A stretch of DNA of 64,000 nt from Lingula anatina (GCA_051362555.1 CM120646.1:20646001-20710000), one strand, 5' to 3'; positions 49,546-63,170 are shown, counted from the first letter of the stretch. Translations and numbers: made by a program. The notes: generated by a model from the letters alone, not told the origin.

Positions 49546-52409
49546 GTAGAGCCTAAACCCCATTTTTTTTCTATAAAAGAATTAAGATCTCGTTTCTTCC
49601 CATAAATATGAACAGATGAAAAATAGATATTTTTTGCACGACACTTGTCGCATATATGTTAGATAATAAGCATTCATTTAAAAAACTGAAGATAGATCGT
49701 TTTGGGGATTACAAACATTGTTAGAAAAAGTGATAACTTTAACATAAACCCAAGTTTGTCTGCTTAACAAAGATACGTCACATTACTCAGCCACCAATTT
49801 AATGCCCTTTATACAGATATAATCATGACCTCATTCTTCTTAAATTTTCTTTTCATTCTTTTCTTCTATATACCCTAGGTTCTAGATTTCCGGTATTGCC
49901 AGCTCGATCTTGATTTCATATATAACCCATAGTAGCAATACCAGGCTCTAGCGAACAGTGGCAACTCGGGGGCGTTTTTCTTCAAAATTCTGCCTGGGGC
50001 GCTTCCATATTTGGAAGTCACACGTCACAGCTGTATCCGCCTGGATCCATATTTGGAAGTCATAAGTCTCGTACGTCACAGGTTTGGCCGCCTGGAGCTG
50101 CCTTTCCCGCCTTGCGCTGAAGTCTCGTGCAGGCGAGACAAGAAGCAATTAAAGTGCCTGACGCGGAGTTAGAAGTTTGAAATGAAAATATCTTGCAGTC
50201 GACGGTCAGTGCCACAATACAAGCAACATTCTGCTGTAAAAACTTATTTTCGTGTAGCCATTGCGCAGCCCTTGTAGTGGTATCGGGCATACAGTGTAGC
50301 TGTCAAATTTGGCACACGGCAAGAGCATGTATTGTGCACGTGTATATCTCAGGACTAAATGTTCTTTGATAAGCAAAAAATACAAAAACATTGGATATAT
50401 CTTTCCTTTCCGAAGAATATTATTTATTTTTTCACTTTACATCTTAAATACAGCAAATAAAATTAAATAAAGCAGAATTAAATTTGTTTTACGTTTTATT
50501 TTGGTCTGATGACATTCAACTGCATTTTCACTGCGGAGCAGTTCTATTTGATTGATGGAAAACTTTCATGGCCGCTGGTCTTCAGAGTTAGTAAAAGCGA
50601 CTCCACCACAAGGTATATTTAGCAAGCTAGCTTTTACGTTGCTCTGACACTCAGGGTACTTCTGTATGACTTCAGACTCAATAGTAAATTGGATTGTGTG
50701 ATGACTTACTTTATACGTCATAAACAACATTACGCAAAAAGTAATACGTTTAATTCTTTTTCATTTCCATAAGTTTTAAATAATTTCGGTATGGAATAAT
50801 AGAAAAATAAGAGAGCGAAGAGTAGAAAAAACTGTGAAAGGCAATGTTTCTGATTAGCTTGCTTCAAACTAAATGACCACAGCATCCAAAATTTACATAT
50901 GTTTCAAAAAATAAAATAAATAAAAGCGACCAATCAATCATATATACCGAAACTTTTTCGTAACTGTAGGGCATGTATCGCCTCAAATCCATTAGACCGA
51001 AGCAATCAAGTTGATTATGACTGTACATAATTCCATCGGAGTACCACAGATAACGGTAGATTTCGTAGACCAGAACATCTGAGCCGTATAAACTGTAATT
51101 CATGTACAATAATTGACTTTGCCTGAAGGCATTGTGTTGTCACACATCACAGATCGACCAGGCGCAGGGCCAATTGCATGTTTGCTGAATACGCCATATG
51201 TAAATGTTCAGTTTGATCAAATTTTCCCTTCGCAAATATAAATATAATTTTCTTTATTATTTTTGGTTGTATTTGATAAAGCCTTTGCAAGCGCTCAGCG
51301 TATCAGATCAAACGGGTATGGGTTGGAGATAATGTACAGTATATATACTCCCTCCCCCCCCCCCCCCCCCCCCCCCCCCAGCAAAAAAGTGTTACCTTTA
51401 ACGCAATGCGTAAAGTGATACAGAAAATAATGCCATGGATCAGTATTCTTTATTCTTTCACAGAAAATACTGGTTGTACAACCAATGAATAAGCTCACGA
51501 TAGTAAAAAAATTCAAAGCCACATTTTAGTATTTTTGTACAGAATCCCCTGGATTGGAGGACGCAATGATTGCGGTAAGGGTGATACTTTCTGGAGAGGG
51601 GAGTGTGTGTGTGTGTACATTAATATTTATATCTTTATCACCCAACATGTACGGGCATATAGGCCTTGGTACAAGTAAATTGAGAATGAAGTTTTTTCAT
51701 TAATTCAATACCTGTGTCCTTGCCGACGTGCGTCATTATACTTTAGAGTTTGCAAATTAAAAAAAAAATGATGAGAAGATGAAGCAATATAAATGCAAAT
51801 TTACATGATTTATCTAAAATGCCCCTATTTCGCTGTAAAGCTGATAAGGTAAATTTCCAACTGACTAAACCGTCTTCGGTTAAGTTTAATTTTACGTATA
51901 CTGTTTTTCACATAAAATTTGTGTGTAACTGTGTACAATCTGCCATGCACCTGAGGCTTGGGCACCCAGACGCCCCCAACCCCCGGCACCGCCCCTGCAC
52001 TCAACCACCCAATTATAGATAGACCGCGTGCGTGTGCACGTGTTTATCACTATTCACTTACGTCAACAACTGGGTTATCAAATGGTGTGACAGGGGCATA
52101 TTAGTCCTGATACGGGACATCACACGATTGAGGCTGTCAGTCAAATGTTAACCTAAGTCTAAAGGCGTGGAAAGAATCTTAATTCCTGTTAAAATGCTAA
52201 ATCAATTAAAGGCTATCGTATTTTCAAGTTCTGACTAAACATTCAGACTAATTTTTGGTGTGAAAATACCCTACGGATCTCTTTTCTCATTTACTGGGAT
52301 AAATATGTACAATTCCAGAGTCTCCAGATCGGCCATTTTGATGTCAATTAATAGCTAGACTGTTCAGCATGTTTATTACATATGCTGTTTACATAAACTG
52401 GTATACCAG

Positions 52410-52503
52410 TTCGGAGAAGTGGGTGTCTCTGTTCTCTATCTGGTCAACAAACTGGATATTAAAATCAAAACAGTTCAAAGTTTGGTACTGGGGCAAAATC
52501 ACA
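52410..52503 (+). repeat. Dispersed repeat, also at ~56409-56501
   Basis: tcggagaa(g/c)tgggtgtct(c/t)tgttctctatctggtcaaca...cagttcaaagtttg(g/a)tactgg...aaaatcaca is present twice in direct orientation. Confidence 0.8.
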
Positions 52504-53296
52504 TGAATGAAGGTATAATCACCTCTTAACTTTTGTCTTAGAATTGTATTAAATATCAGCAAAACGAATTTGGTCTGATTCCGTTCAAGAAACATAAATG
52601 CAGAGGTGTCCATTTTGGTATGCAACATAATATTTTTTTTTGTTTCATTACAGAAACGTCATTCCAATTAATAGGATCACTAGTGCCTCATATCTCGGCT
52701 TAAAATATCCTGGTCTTTCCATAAAATAATACCTTTTTTGTTTTCTTTCGTTTTTTGAAACTTGCCTTGTGTGTACCATGCTTGGAAGATGCGACAGATA
52801 AGAGTAATTGCTTTCCTTGAAGCCCGAGCCTCTCTGGCCCGATCCCCTTACAAACAGCGTGATGGTGCACTTTTAACCATTAATCATTAATCAGGTCATC
52901 AAATCGAGTGACTTGGTAGAGTTCTGTCCTGATATGCGTCGTCACGCGCTTGAAGCTGTATCTGTCATCCTACCGGGGATCAAAGTAAGTTTAAAGTAGG
53001 TGGAGGAGCGTTTTTTCAAGGGATAAATGAACTCAGAATGCTCTCAGTAAAATATGACAAAATGTTTACGCAAAATAAGCAAAATGTAAACGCCCCATGT
53101 GGATTATTTATGCATTAAACTTGTAATTGGCTGGGGGCAGTAATCTGTAGCACATTGAACAACAAAATTAATTTTGTATGATTTAAAATACAACCCATAA
53201 TGGTCATAAAACATTTTAAGTATTGCGTGGGGCGTTAATTATTTTGCTCATATAGAATGTGGGCAATTCTACGAAAATAAAATATGCTGGGGCCGG

Positions 53297-56163
53297 TGTA
53301 ACATGAAAATCTGACTCCCATGAAAATGTGACTCCCCAGTCAGATTTTCATTATGAAAATGTGACTCCCCAGTCAGATTTTCAAAATGAAAATCTGACTC
53401 CCCCCATGAAAATTTGACTCCCCCTCCACAAAACTTCATGCATCTTATTTTATTTGAGTATATGACTGTGATCTTGTAGTATGTAAAATGGATGATACGT
53501 TGGCACATTTTTTGTAGTTTGCAGTGAAAATTCAAATGAAAAAATAAGAAAAATAAAAATGTGCACATAATGAAAATCTGACTCCCCCGTGAAAATTTGA
53601 CTCCCCCATCATAAAACTTCATAAATCTTATTTTATTTATGGTATATGACTGTAATCTTGTAGTATGTAAAAAGGAGGATAGATTAGCACATTTTTTTGT
53701 AGTTTGCAGTAAAAATTTTAATGAAAAAATAAGAAAATTAAAAATGAGCACATAATGAAAATCTGACTCCTCCATGAAAATTTGACTCCCCCTCCACAAA
53801 ACTTCATAAATCTTATTTTATTTGAGTATATGACTGTGATCTTGTAGTATGTAAAATGGATGATACATTGGCACATTTTTTGTAGTTTGCAGTGAAAATT
53901 TTAATGAAAAAATAAGAAAATAAAAAATGAGCAAATAATGAAAATCTGACTCCCCCATGAAAATATGACTGCCCCTCCACAAAACTTCATAAATCTTATT
54001 TTATTTTGAGTATGTGACTGTGATCTTGTAGTATGTGAAATGGAGGATACATTGGCGCTTTTTTGTAATTTGCAGGTGAAAATTTTCATGAAAACATAAG
54101 AAAATTAAAAATGTCCACTTAATCGCCTATTGTCTCCCCTATGAAAAAGTTATTTAATATTTGATCATCATTTCAACACCTTTTCTTTTAGGATACTTTA
54201 TGAAAAATATATTGGAAATATTTAAAGGTTTGATGATAAAATAGTGAAAGCATGAAAAAGAATTCATGAAAATCTTTATTTTTACACCCATGAGATTTGG
54301 ACTCCCATGGAGAAAAGGACCCATTTTATATTCAGTCACCATACCACTGTTTTCCACATAGTTTGCATAGAGATGGATATTTTGTCATTATTTGAAAGTT
54401 TGATGATGAAAATTTTGGTCAATATTTTTAAAACAAGTATCCATCTTTATTCTTGTAGGTTTTGCACTCCCATGTCAAAACACTACATTTTTAACACAAG
54501 AAATGGGCCCCATCGCCTTTTTATTTAATTCTTCTTATATAGCATACCCAACAAAACACTTGCTTTTGTTTTCCCATTATTTTCCCCAAAGCTGGATGAA
54601 AGATGGGGGTTAACAGTTTTTATTTTCATATAGCTTAGTGTGCAGAGTTATCATTATATATACAATGAAAAGTATGTGGAAAATAGTGATATAATGACTG
54701 AATAAAAAATAATTGTCCTTTTCATGGGTGTAAAATAAATATTATACTGAAATTCTCACTATTTTTAAATTTCAAACACTTATTGCAAAAATTTTTACCC
54801 ACAAAATTTAAATATTCCACATATGTTCTCCATAAGAAAACTAAAAAGTAGAAACATTTAAATGTGTGCTAAATATGAAATAAGTGCTTTTAACTAGGGG
54901 AGTCAAAATCCTACGGGTACAAGAATGCAAATTTATTATCCATTTTTCATTTATTTTCACGCAGTATTTTACCATAAAACTTTTTAATATTTCCAATAAA
55001 TTTTTTCATAAAGTATCATAAAAGAAAAGTTGTCAGAATGATCATCAAACATCAAATAAATATCTTTTTATAGGGGAGCCATTGGGTGTTAGAAAACAAA
55101 TCCTTAATTTTTCTTATTTTCATGTGTTTATTACTTTTTTTCTCTCAATTTTTTAACCATGTGCACATTTTCAATTTTCTTATTTTTTTATTAAAATTTT
55201 CACTGCAAACTACAAAAAATGTGCCAATGTATCAACCATTTTACATGCTACAGGATCACAGTCATATACTCAAAATAAAATAAGATTTATGAAGTTTTGT
55301 GGTGGGGGAGTCAAATTTTCATGGGGGAGTCAGATTTTCATTATGTGCACATTTTTAATTTTCTCATTTTTTCATTAAAATTTTCACTGCAAACTACAAA
55401 AAATGTGCCAATGTATCAACCATTTAACATGCTACAGGATCACAGTCATATAGTCAAAATAAAATAAGATCTATGAAGTTTTGTGGCGGGGGAGTCAAAT
55501 TTTCATGGGGGAGTCAGATTTTCATTATGTACACATTTTTAATTTTCTCAATTTTTTTATTATATTTTCACTGCAAACTACAAAAAATGTGCCAATGTAT
55601 CAACCATTTTACATAATACAAGGTCACAGTCATATACTCAAAATAAAATAAGATTTATGAAGTTTTGTGGAGGGGGAGTCAAATTTTCATGGGGGAGTCC
55701 GATTTTCATTATGTGCTCATTTTTAATTTTCTTATTTGTTCATTAAAATTCTCACTGCAAACTACAAAAAATGTGCCAATGTATCAACCATTTTACATAC
55801 TACAAGATCACAGTCATATTCTAAATTAATTAGAGATTAATGAATGTTTTTTTGTAGGGGAGTCAAATTTTCATAGGGGAACCACATTTTCATTATGTGC
55901 ACATTTTTAATTTTTCTTTTTTTATGAAAATTTTCACCTGCAAACTACAAAAAAGTGCCAGTGTATCATCCATTATGCATACTACAAAATCATAGTCATT
56001 TACTCAAATAAAATGAGATTAATGAATGTTTTTTTGGGGGGAGTTAAAATTTCATAGGGGGAGTCACATTTTCATTATGAAAATCTGACTGGGGAGTCAG
56101 ATTTTCATAATGAAAATCTGACTGGGGAGTCACATTTTAGGGGAGTCAGATTTTCATGGTACA
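53297..56163. mobile_element. Non-autonomous foldback DNA element with Ginger1-type termini and internal ~184-bp tandem arrays
   Basis: Starts TGTAACATGAAAATCTGACTCC and ends GGAGTCAGATTTTCATGGTACA, with CCGG on both sides (53293-53296, 56164-56167). About 4 units of ~184 bp lie in the left arm (53386-54120) and about 5 inverted units in the right arm (55160-56080). No transposase ORF. Confidence 0.82.
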
Positions 56164-56782
56164 CCGGGTCGGCCATTTTGAAGTTGGTTAATATCTTATT
56201 TACCAGTTCAGCTTACCAGTATGGCATCCGGTTGACTCGAACTGATACCAGATACTGAGATACACTTTACCCTTTTGACAGGGCTGCAGCTTTTATTCTG
56301 TGGACATTTATCACAGCACAGGGATTAGCAATCTATTTAACCAGAGACATATCTGTTGATAACTAGTGAAAAATCAACCTGTGGCCCTGGTAGAGGGTGG
56401 TGCTGAGATCGGAGAACTGGGTGTCTTTGTTCTCTATCTGGTCAACATACTGGATATCTAAATCAATACAGTTCAAAGTTTGATACTGGAGTAAAATCAC
56501 ATTAATATCGTTAATCATCTATGAAGGCACATGGGTCTGTGCAAGTGCACCGACACTAAACTAAGTGGCGCAAACACGCAGCATATGCCCTTGCCCTCTT
56601 AATGAGCCCCGAAGCTTTGAAAGCTTTCAAAATATGCTTACACGCGTGTGTGTTTGTATCAATGCATGTGCGTGTGTACTTATTTACAAAGGTTTAACTT
56701 TTGATGCTCCTGTTAACTTTTCCCCATAGTTTCCCATTTAATATCAAACACAAGTCAAAATTTTAGTTAACCATTACTAAGA

Positions 56783-56814
<32 letters not shown>

Positions 56815-57584
56815 GACTGTAGCGCTTTCTTGCACAGCATGCAAGGTCAAGTTTAATAACATATGACTTACATGTAGACCAAATTTAGATACGAAGAATA
56901 TGCTCAATAACAATCGATGTATAAGTTTTAGAAGTCAATTAAGAATTCTTGGCCATCAGGATATTTACAAGATGGCCCCCAATACGCCCATTGAGATGTA
57001 TTCACTTCCTAAAATAGGAGCACATCACTATTTCAGTCCCTTTATAGAAGAATAATGCAATATGGTTTCCTTTACTTTTTCGAGTATTTTTTTTTTTTTT
57101 TTTTTGCACAAAACGGTTCAATTTCTGGATGATATCATGCATCAATTTTAGTCTTGACGTAAATAGTCATACAGGATTTCGATTTGGTTTAAATTCATTT
57201 CATAGACAATGCCTTGTTCTAACCAATACATATTTTACAGAATTGCTTTTATAGATTAATTTATAAACCCATTCAGATTCAATACGCTACAATATCTTTT
57301 GTCATACCTAATCTAGTAATAAAAACCAAGGGGGTTGTGTTAGTGCCATTTAGGTTTCATTATATAATTTTATTCTTATTTCGGCATATGGTATGTGATC
57401 ATCATGTCACATGCACCTTTTAAAAAACATATAACGTCTTAACAATCAATAGTATATTCATTTTATCAATACATCTGCATATGATTTACTGATGTTAGCC
57501 GCTAACAAGACGATAGAATCATATCCCGTTTTCAACAAATGTTGTCCATGTATTACAACATCCATATATAGAGACTACGTCGAT

Positions 57585-58756
57585 TTAGTCACTGCTCAGA
57601 CCGTTAATCATGATGGCCTTCTGCACCATTCTCTGAATCTGTGAGAGGTCAATGGGCTTCTCGACAACTTGGTACGTGGCATTGCCAGATTAAAAAATAA
57701 GATAAAATAAGCGACTTTATGGGAGCAGGGTATGTAGTTAAAGTAATAGTAGTAGTAGTAGAAAAGAAGCTCAAATGATAAATTATGTATAAAATACCAA
57801 CCGAGGCTTTGCAATTTTTTTATTAATACATGAATGGCATTTTAAGATTTCAGCTTCCTCGCACAGAAGCAAATGAGACTTGAGCATTCAATTAAAAGGG
57901 CTATAAACAGAGAAAAGAGGAATAAAAAAAGAGCAGAAAATGACAGTATTCATGAGTTTCATCAATTCTATAATATGTAAATATTTTTGTATACTACAAC
58001 ATGAGCCTCAAGCTATCCTTTGAGTTATCTAAAATAAACATTTCATTTTATCAGGTACACTAACGTGTAAATATTAAAACATTTTATTTTTAAGGCATCA
58101 TTCTCGCTTCCTGACAAGTTGCAGATTTTCTACGTTAGTGAACATAAATTATATATTGAGTTGGAGAATATGAGATGGTGCTGCGAGCATCAGTAAGGAA
58201 GGTTTAAAATTTAGTCCGTTTATGTTTTTTTGTGTGTGAGAACAGATAAATTTAGTAATTTTTAATTATTTTAGTTGCTAGACCGATGTTAGTTAAGTTC
58301 CAGTTGTACAAACAATTATTTTGCTCAATTACTTATAATAAAAATAAAGAAAAATGTTAAATGGATCTAGATATTGATATTAAGTGACAGGGAAAGTAGT
58401 TGAAACAGTAACCTCTTTTTGGCAGAGGTTAAAATCGCTATGCTACATTTATTAATTTCAACATTTTCCCACTTACTGTGCTGGCTGTTGTATCTTGAGT
58501 TCCGAGCACAAATTTCCGCCTGACGTCAGCTAAGGTAGGGAAGCGAGCGAATCTTTTTGCTCTGCCCGAAACTTGCGGGAGGGATCCGCCGTTTAACTGA
58601 AGGTGTTTTGTGTTCCTACCTGAATAATAATTGAAATATTTAGTACACTTCAAGGGATATGAGCACTTCATGAGATATAAAACCAACTGAGTTCGCTGAA
58701 GTAATAAAAAAAGGCATTTTATATATCAGTCAGCATCCAGTTTACCCCCCCCCCCA

Positions 58757-58795
<39 letters not shown>

Positions 58796-61700
58796 TTCGA
58801 ATCTAGGATATGGGGGAGTGGTGGCACTAGGATAAACTTTCCCAGCAAAGTGAGGCAAATAAAACTTAGCAAGAGTGTTTTTTGCTGTAGGACACCTATA
58901 TGGAAATATTATCTTTTCACGCGTTGCACTTTTGGCAGGGGTGGTGGTTCGGGTGAAGAGTTAAAAGAGAAACTGCCCTAACTGGATATCTCGTAAATGT
59001 CATTTGTTCATTATTTAGTCTTTACAGCATGTTAATGTTATGAGGAATTTGAAAGAAGATAAGCAATTTTGCGTTGAATTGCTATTGTTTGATTTATCAG
59101 GTACATTGTAAATATTAAAAAGTACCGTTCGTAGTTTCCTTTAAAGACATCTGTGTGCGTTTATACACGTAGTCTTTTATACTTACACATGGTGTGAACA
59201 TATGCACCGTACCTTTCAGTTTTTCTAGGAGACTCTTAGATACGGCCTCCTCATCGACCACACGTTTGTTTTTCTGGTACTCTGCTTTCACATCTGCCTC
59301 CACCACGTCCATCAATTCTCGCATTGAAATCTCCTCCTGCGCGGCGCCGATAATAACCTTAAAGGGATAATAGCTCTTTATATGAGATTCAAAACCCCAC
59401 AATAAATACATTGTAAACGACAAATATAAACAAATAAATTTCATTTTGCCATCAAAAAAGCGGTTGCTGCAAATATTCTGATATCTATACTTGCCATCGG
59501 ACCACGTGGACCTCTAAGATGAATACCCTCTGTAATAATCTCTTGACAGATTTTTACGAAGCACACACTTTTAAGAACCAATATACTTACTTTGAATGTC
59601 GGAACTGATTCATTTTCTATTGGAAAAAATGGTAAAAATGTCGAATAACGCAGGAAAATTTCCCCGACAAAACAAAGAGTCTTTAATTACAAGGTATTTA
59701 AATTGCTATAGAGGAACATATATTAGGGTGTTTTAGAGAAGTGTGAAGCCCTCGATTAAAATTTGCGACTTGACAGCTTACGACTGACCGGTTTAGGGAA
59801 TCGTGTTTCAGATTCACTCTCGGCTCTAGAATGAGTCATCAAACATGGTCATTAAGTTAAACCCATTACGTTTTTATCAATATAAGATAAAAATACTTAA
59901 GATTTTGATACTACATTTTGATTTAATCCAAAGCGATTGATTTACATGTAACCGTAATGGTATCAAGGGGCAGTATAAAGGTGTTCTTTTCAAGGAACGT
60001 ATATATATATATATATAATTGTCAACTCGTCATCCGCCCAGCATCAAACAGTCAAATATACCTTGCGATATTATTCGCACTACAAACCATTACCTGGGAT
60101 AGGTTCTTTGAGTCTGAAAGAGGAATATACAGCCCTCCAGTGATTCTTGCTATGGCCATAAAGAAATCACGATAGGGGGAGATACTTGGCTCACATCCGA
60201 TAACATAGATTGTGACACCTTTTTCTGCAAGCTGATTGGCTATCTTTACTGGATCGTGACCATCAGGGCAGCCTGCAAAGTTGCAAAATATGTGAATTGA
60301 TGATTTGAAACAATTTCCTTTATCGGAGAATGCATTTGAGACACAAGGGATGTGCACTGCGGTCTGTTATTATACGAATCGGTACATATATAATTACTTC
60401 ATTAGATGTCATCGAATTCATTAACATTTACCAAACTTACCATTTTTATGATTATCCCAAGCTCCGCCAAACATTGGCAATCCATGGGGTGGCTGATCTG
60501 CTATTAGAACGCAAACTTTTGCCTCAGACTGCCACGGGAGGTCTAACGTAGCCTTTAACCCATCTTCAACTGCCTCTGGTTCGTCTGCATCCGGGTCGCT
60601 GGTCGCTAATGGCATGATAAATAACATAAAGCATGTGTATTGAATGTCGCAATTTGCTAAAATTCTTTTTTGCAATAATGTACACCATGATTTTCAGAAT
60701 TAAGTTAAAAGCCCAAAGAGTCCTATGAAAAGTATTTTGTCATATTAAAAAAAAATAAGGAGCATAATGTAATGAGACAATCTTATTCTAGTAATCAACT
60801 TACTTCCTATTGCATCCGTGGCTACCTTTTCAATCACATCTTGCAATGCGTCAAAGTTAGTGACAGTGGTCACTTTGCGCGACGATGCAATTCCATGCGA
60901 TTTGTCTTCACAAATATTCCCTGCGATGTTATCTAAATCGTACTGATTAATGTCCCCTACTCCAACTGCCACCATTCTAATTCCATTATTTTTTGCTCTG
61001 CGAGCTTGGTTCAGGGTAGCTTCAGTGTTGTTCGAATGCCCGTCTGTTATGACAATCCCCACTTTATTGTCAGTTCGGCTGTTAGAGAAGACGGATATCA
61101 TGTCAGATATGGCACCTGCTGTATTTGTGGTATTCCCTTCGAAGTCCACCTTTGTAGTAAGGAAATTTTTGAACTGCTGAAGACTTCGGGCTTCTGCTGA
61201 ACCAAAAGTTAATAATGTGCTCACATTGGTGCTGTATCGAATAAGAGCCAAGCGCACATTATCAAGGCCTAATTCAGCACACTTGGAGGCGACGGCGCTG
61301 ACAAACTGCTTCTCTTTATTAAAGTTTTCAGGGCGAACACTTCCAGAAGCATCCATCACAAAACAAATATCAGCTGGTCCGACATCTGAAAGGCATTTGA
61401 AAAATGCAATGATCGTGTATTACGATGTATTACATGTAGTCATTGCGTCTTTAAAAAATGAAAAGTTTCTGTTTTACTCTGTGTAACCTAATTTAAACTT
61501 CGATCCTCGTACACAACGTTTCTAGTGTGTGTGGGCGTGTGTGCGTACGTGTGTGTATTTGTACTGTATGTTTGAGTGTGTTTCACACACTGGTATGTGT
61601 GATAAGAATACCCACTTGTTTTCATTTAAACAGTAAATTAGTTTCTCTCCTTATCATACACTTACAAGCTTTAACCTTTTGCAACCTCTCTTTCATAGCG

Positions 61701-62064
61701 GACAAAGTAGAGGTAAAAGTAAAGGAACGCTGTACAAACTCCTGCATCTGTGGGGGGTGGTCCCGATACTCCACAAGACCGAAGCGCACACTGAGACCAG
61801 ACTCGCGGGAGATTTGATCTACGATTGATTTAATCGTCTGGAATATTCAATAAACAAACATCCATTACAACTTTTTGTCACAAATTTTAACTAAATATAA
61901 TAATTAATAATATAACACTTTCGCATCAACACCATCTTTTGCTTTTCTGTTGCATTATGTGTGAGGAAAAACTGTACCTTTTGAGCTTCGTTTATGTATA
62001 TCCCCATGCTAGCTGTAGAATCTATCGTAAACACAAGGTCCAATTCTTTTCTGCGGGTCGACAT
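57585..62064 (-). CDS. Cytoplasmic VWA-domain protein (VwkA-type VWA, YRDHPPQ / DxPPHG / GCPxGHDP family) with an inserted canonical VWA exon; 8 exons
   Basis: Exons 62064-61978 (MSTRRKELDLVFTIDSTASMGIYI), 61837-61666 (VRFGLVEYRDHPPQ), 61385-60804 (ADICFVMDASGSV...TNTAGAI...IVITDG...AVGVG), 60605-60441 (EPEAVEDGL...VLIADQPPHG), 60272-60094 (GCPDGHDP...IGCEP...TGG), 59357-59213 and 58619-58477. The probable last exon is 57689-57585, whose acceptor reads TAA rather than TAG, so the 3' end is less certain. Confidence 0.78.
58105..58360 (+). repeat. Dispersed repeat, second copy of 7703-7950
   Basis: Colinear shared blocks with the 7703-7950 copy. Confidence 0.75.
58757..58794. repeat. (AAT)n microsatellite
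   Basis: Direct reading. Confidence 0.9.
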
Positions 62065-62309
62065 TGTCGTTTAAATGGATAAAATACCCACCTAAAATAA
62101 TAATGAAATCATTTTAAACTAGAGCATCAGAGAGGCGATACCGCCTCCGAATATTGTACCACCAGCTGGGGTAAGCGCGATCGTATAGACCCTCACACAC
62201 ACAAAAAAGGGACACCACCACCAGTCTTGTGCTTGACAAGCTGTAAAAAATGCAGTCAACAAGAATTCTCAAAATATGCAAAAAATATATATAACTAAAA
62301 ATGGTACGA

Positions 62310-63170
62310 TCAAAGTTCAGTTCATAGTTAGGTAGGTCAAAGGTCAATTTCAAGGTCACATTTAGATTGCCAGTATATGACTTCCTATTCAAATTTAATA
62401 GTAACTATGGACCTATCTCTGCCAGTTTTGGAGATAAAAGGGAACCAAAATTTATAAACTTCAATTCATGATGAAAAGTAGGTCAAAGGTCAATTTCAAG
62501 GTCACACTTAGATTGCCTCTAATGACTTCTATTCAAGTTCAATAGTTACTATGGGCGTATTTTTGCCAGTTTTGAAGATAAAAGGGAACCAAAATTTGCA
62601 ATGTTAAGTTCATGGTAAAAAGTAGGTCAAAGGTCAATTTTAAGGTCACAGTAAATTGACTTGAATGACTTCCTATTCAAGTTCAATAGGTACTATGGAT
62701 CTATCTCTGCTAGTTTTGGAGATAAAAGGGAAAAAAATTTGCAAAGTTCAATTCATTATGAAAAGTAGGTCAAAGGTCAATTTCAAGGTCACATTAAGAT
62801 TGCCAGTATATGACGTCCTATTCAAGTTCAATAGTAACTATGGACCTATCTCTGCTAGTTTTGGAGATAAAAGGGAACTAAATTTGCATAGTTCAGTTCA
62901 TGATTAAAAGTAGGTCAAAGGTCAATTTTAAGGTCACAGTAAATTGCCTCGTATGACTTTCTATTCAAGTTCAATAGTAACTATGGGCGTATCTCTGCCA
63001 GTTTTGAAAATAAAAGCATTAAAAAGTTGCAAAGTTCAGTTTATGGTGTAAAGTAGGTCAAAGGTCAATTTCAAGGTCACATTTAGATTGCCAGTATATG
63101 ATTTCCTATTCAACTTCAATAGTAACTGTGGACCTATCTCTGCCAGTTTTGGAGATATAAGGGACTAAAT
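62310..63170 (+). repeat. ~144-bp tandem array (6 units), probably inside a larger non-autonomous DNA element extending towards 64000
   Basis: gtaggtcaaaggtcaattt recurs at 62332, 62478, 62622, 62765, 62910 and 63053. Related tgaccttga/aaggtcaaaggtc motifs occur at ~63762-63787, and aggtgacctaaa is at the window end. Confidence 0.9.

Noticed and set aside
50864-51590. Minus-strand exon-like pieces (signal-peptide-like ALNFFTIVSLFIGC..., Tyr-rich ORF)
   Set aside because: No ATG in frame, the splice phases do not join without stops, and no family is recognised. At most a decayed gene.
53269-55283. F/I/K-rich ORFs including a 176-aa ORF
   Set aside because: Translations of the foldback element's tandem units, with no transposase or integrase motifs.
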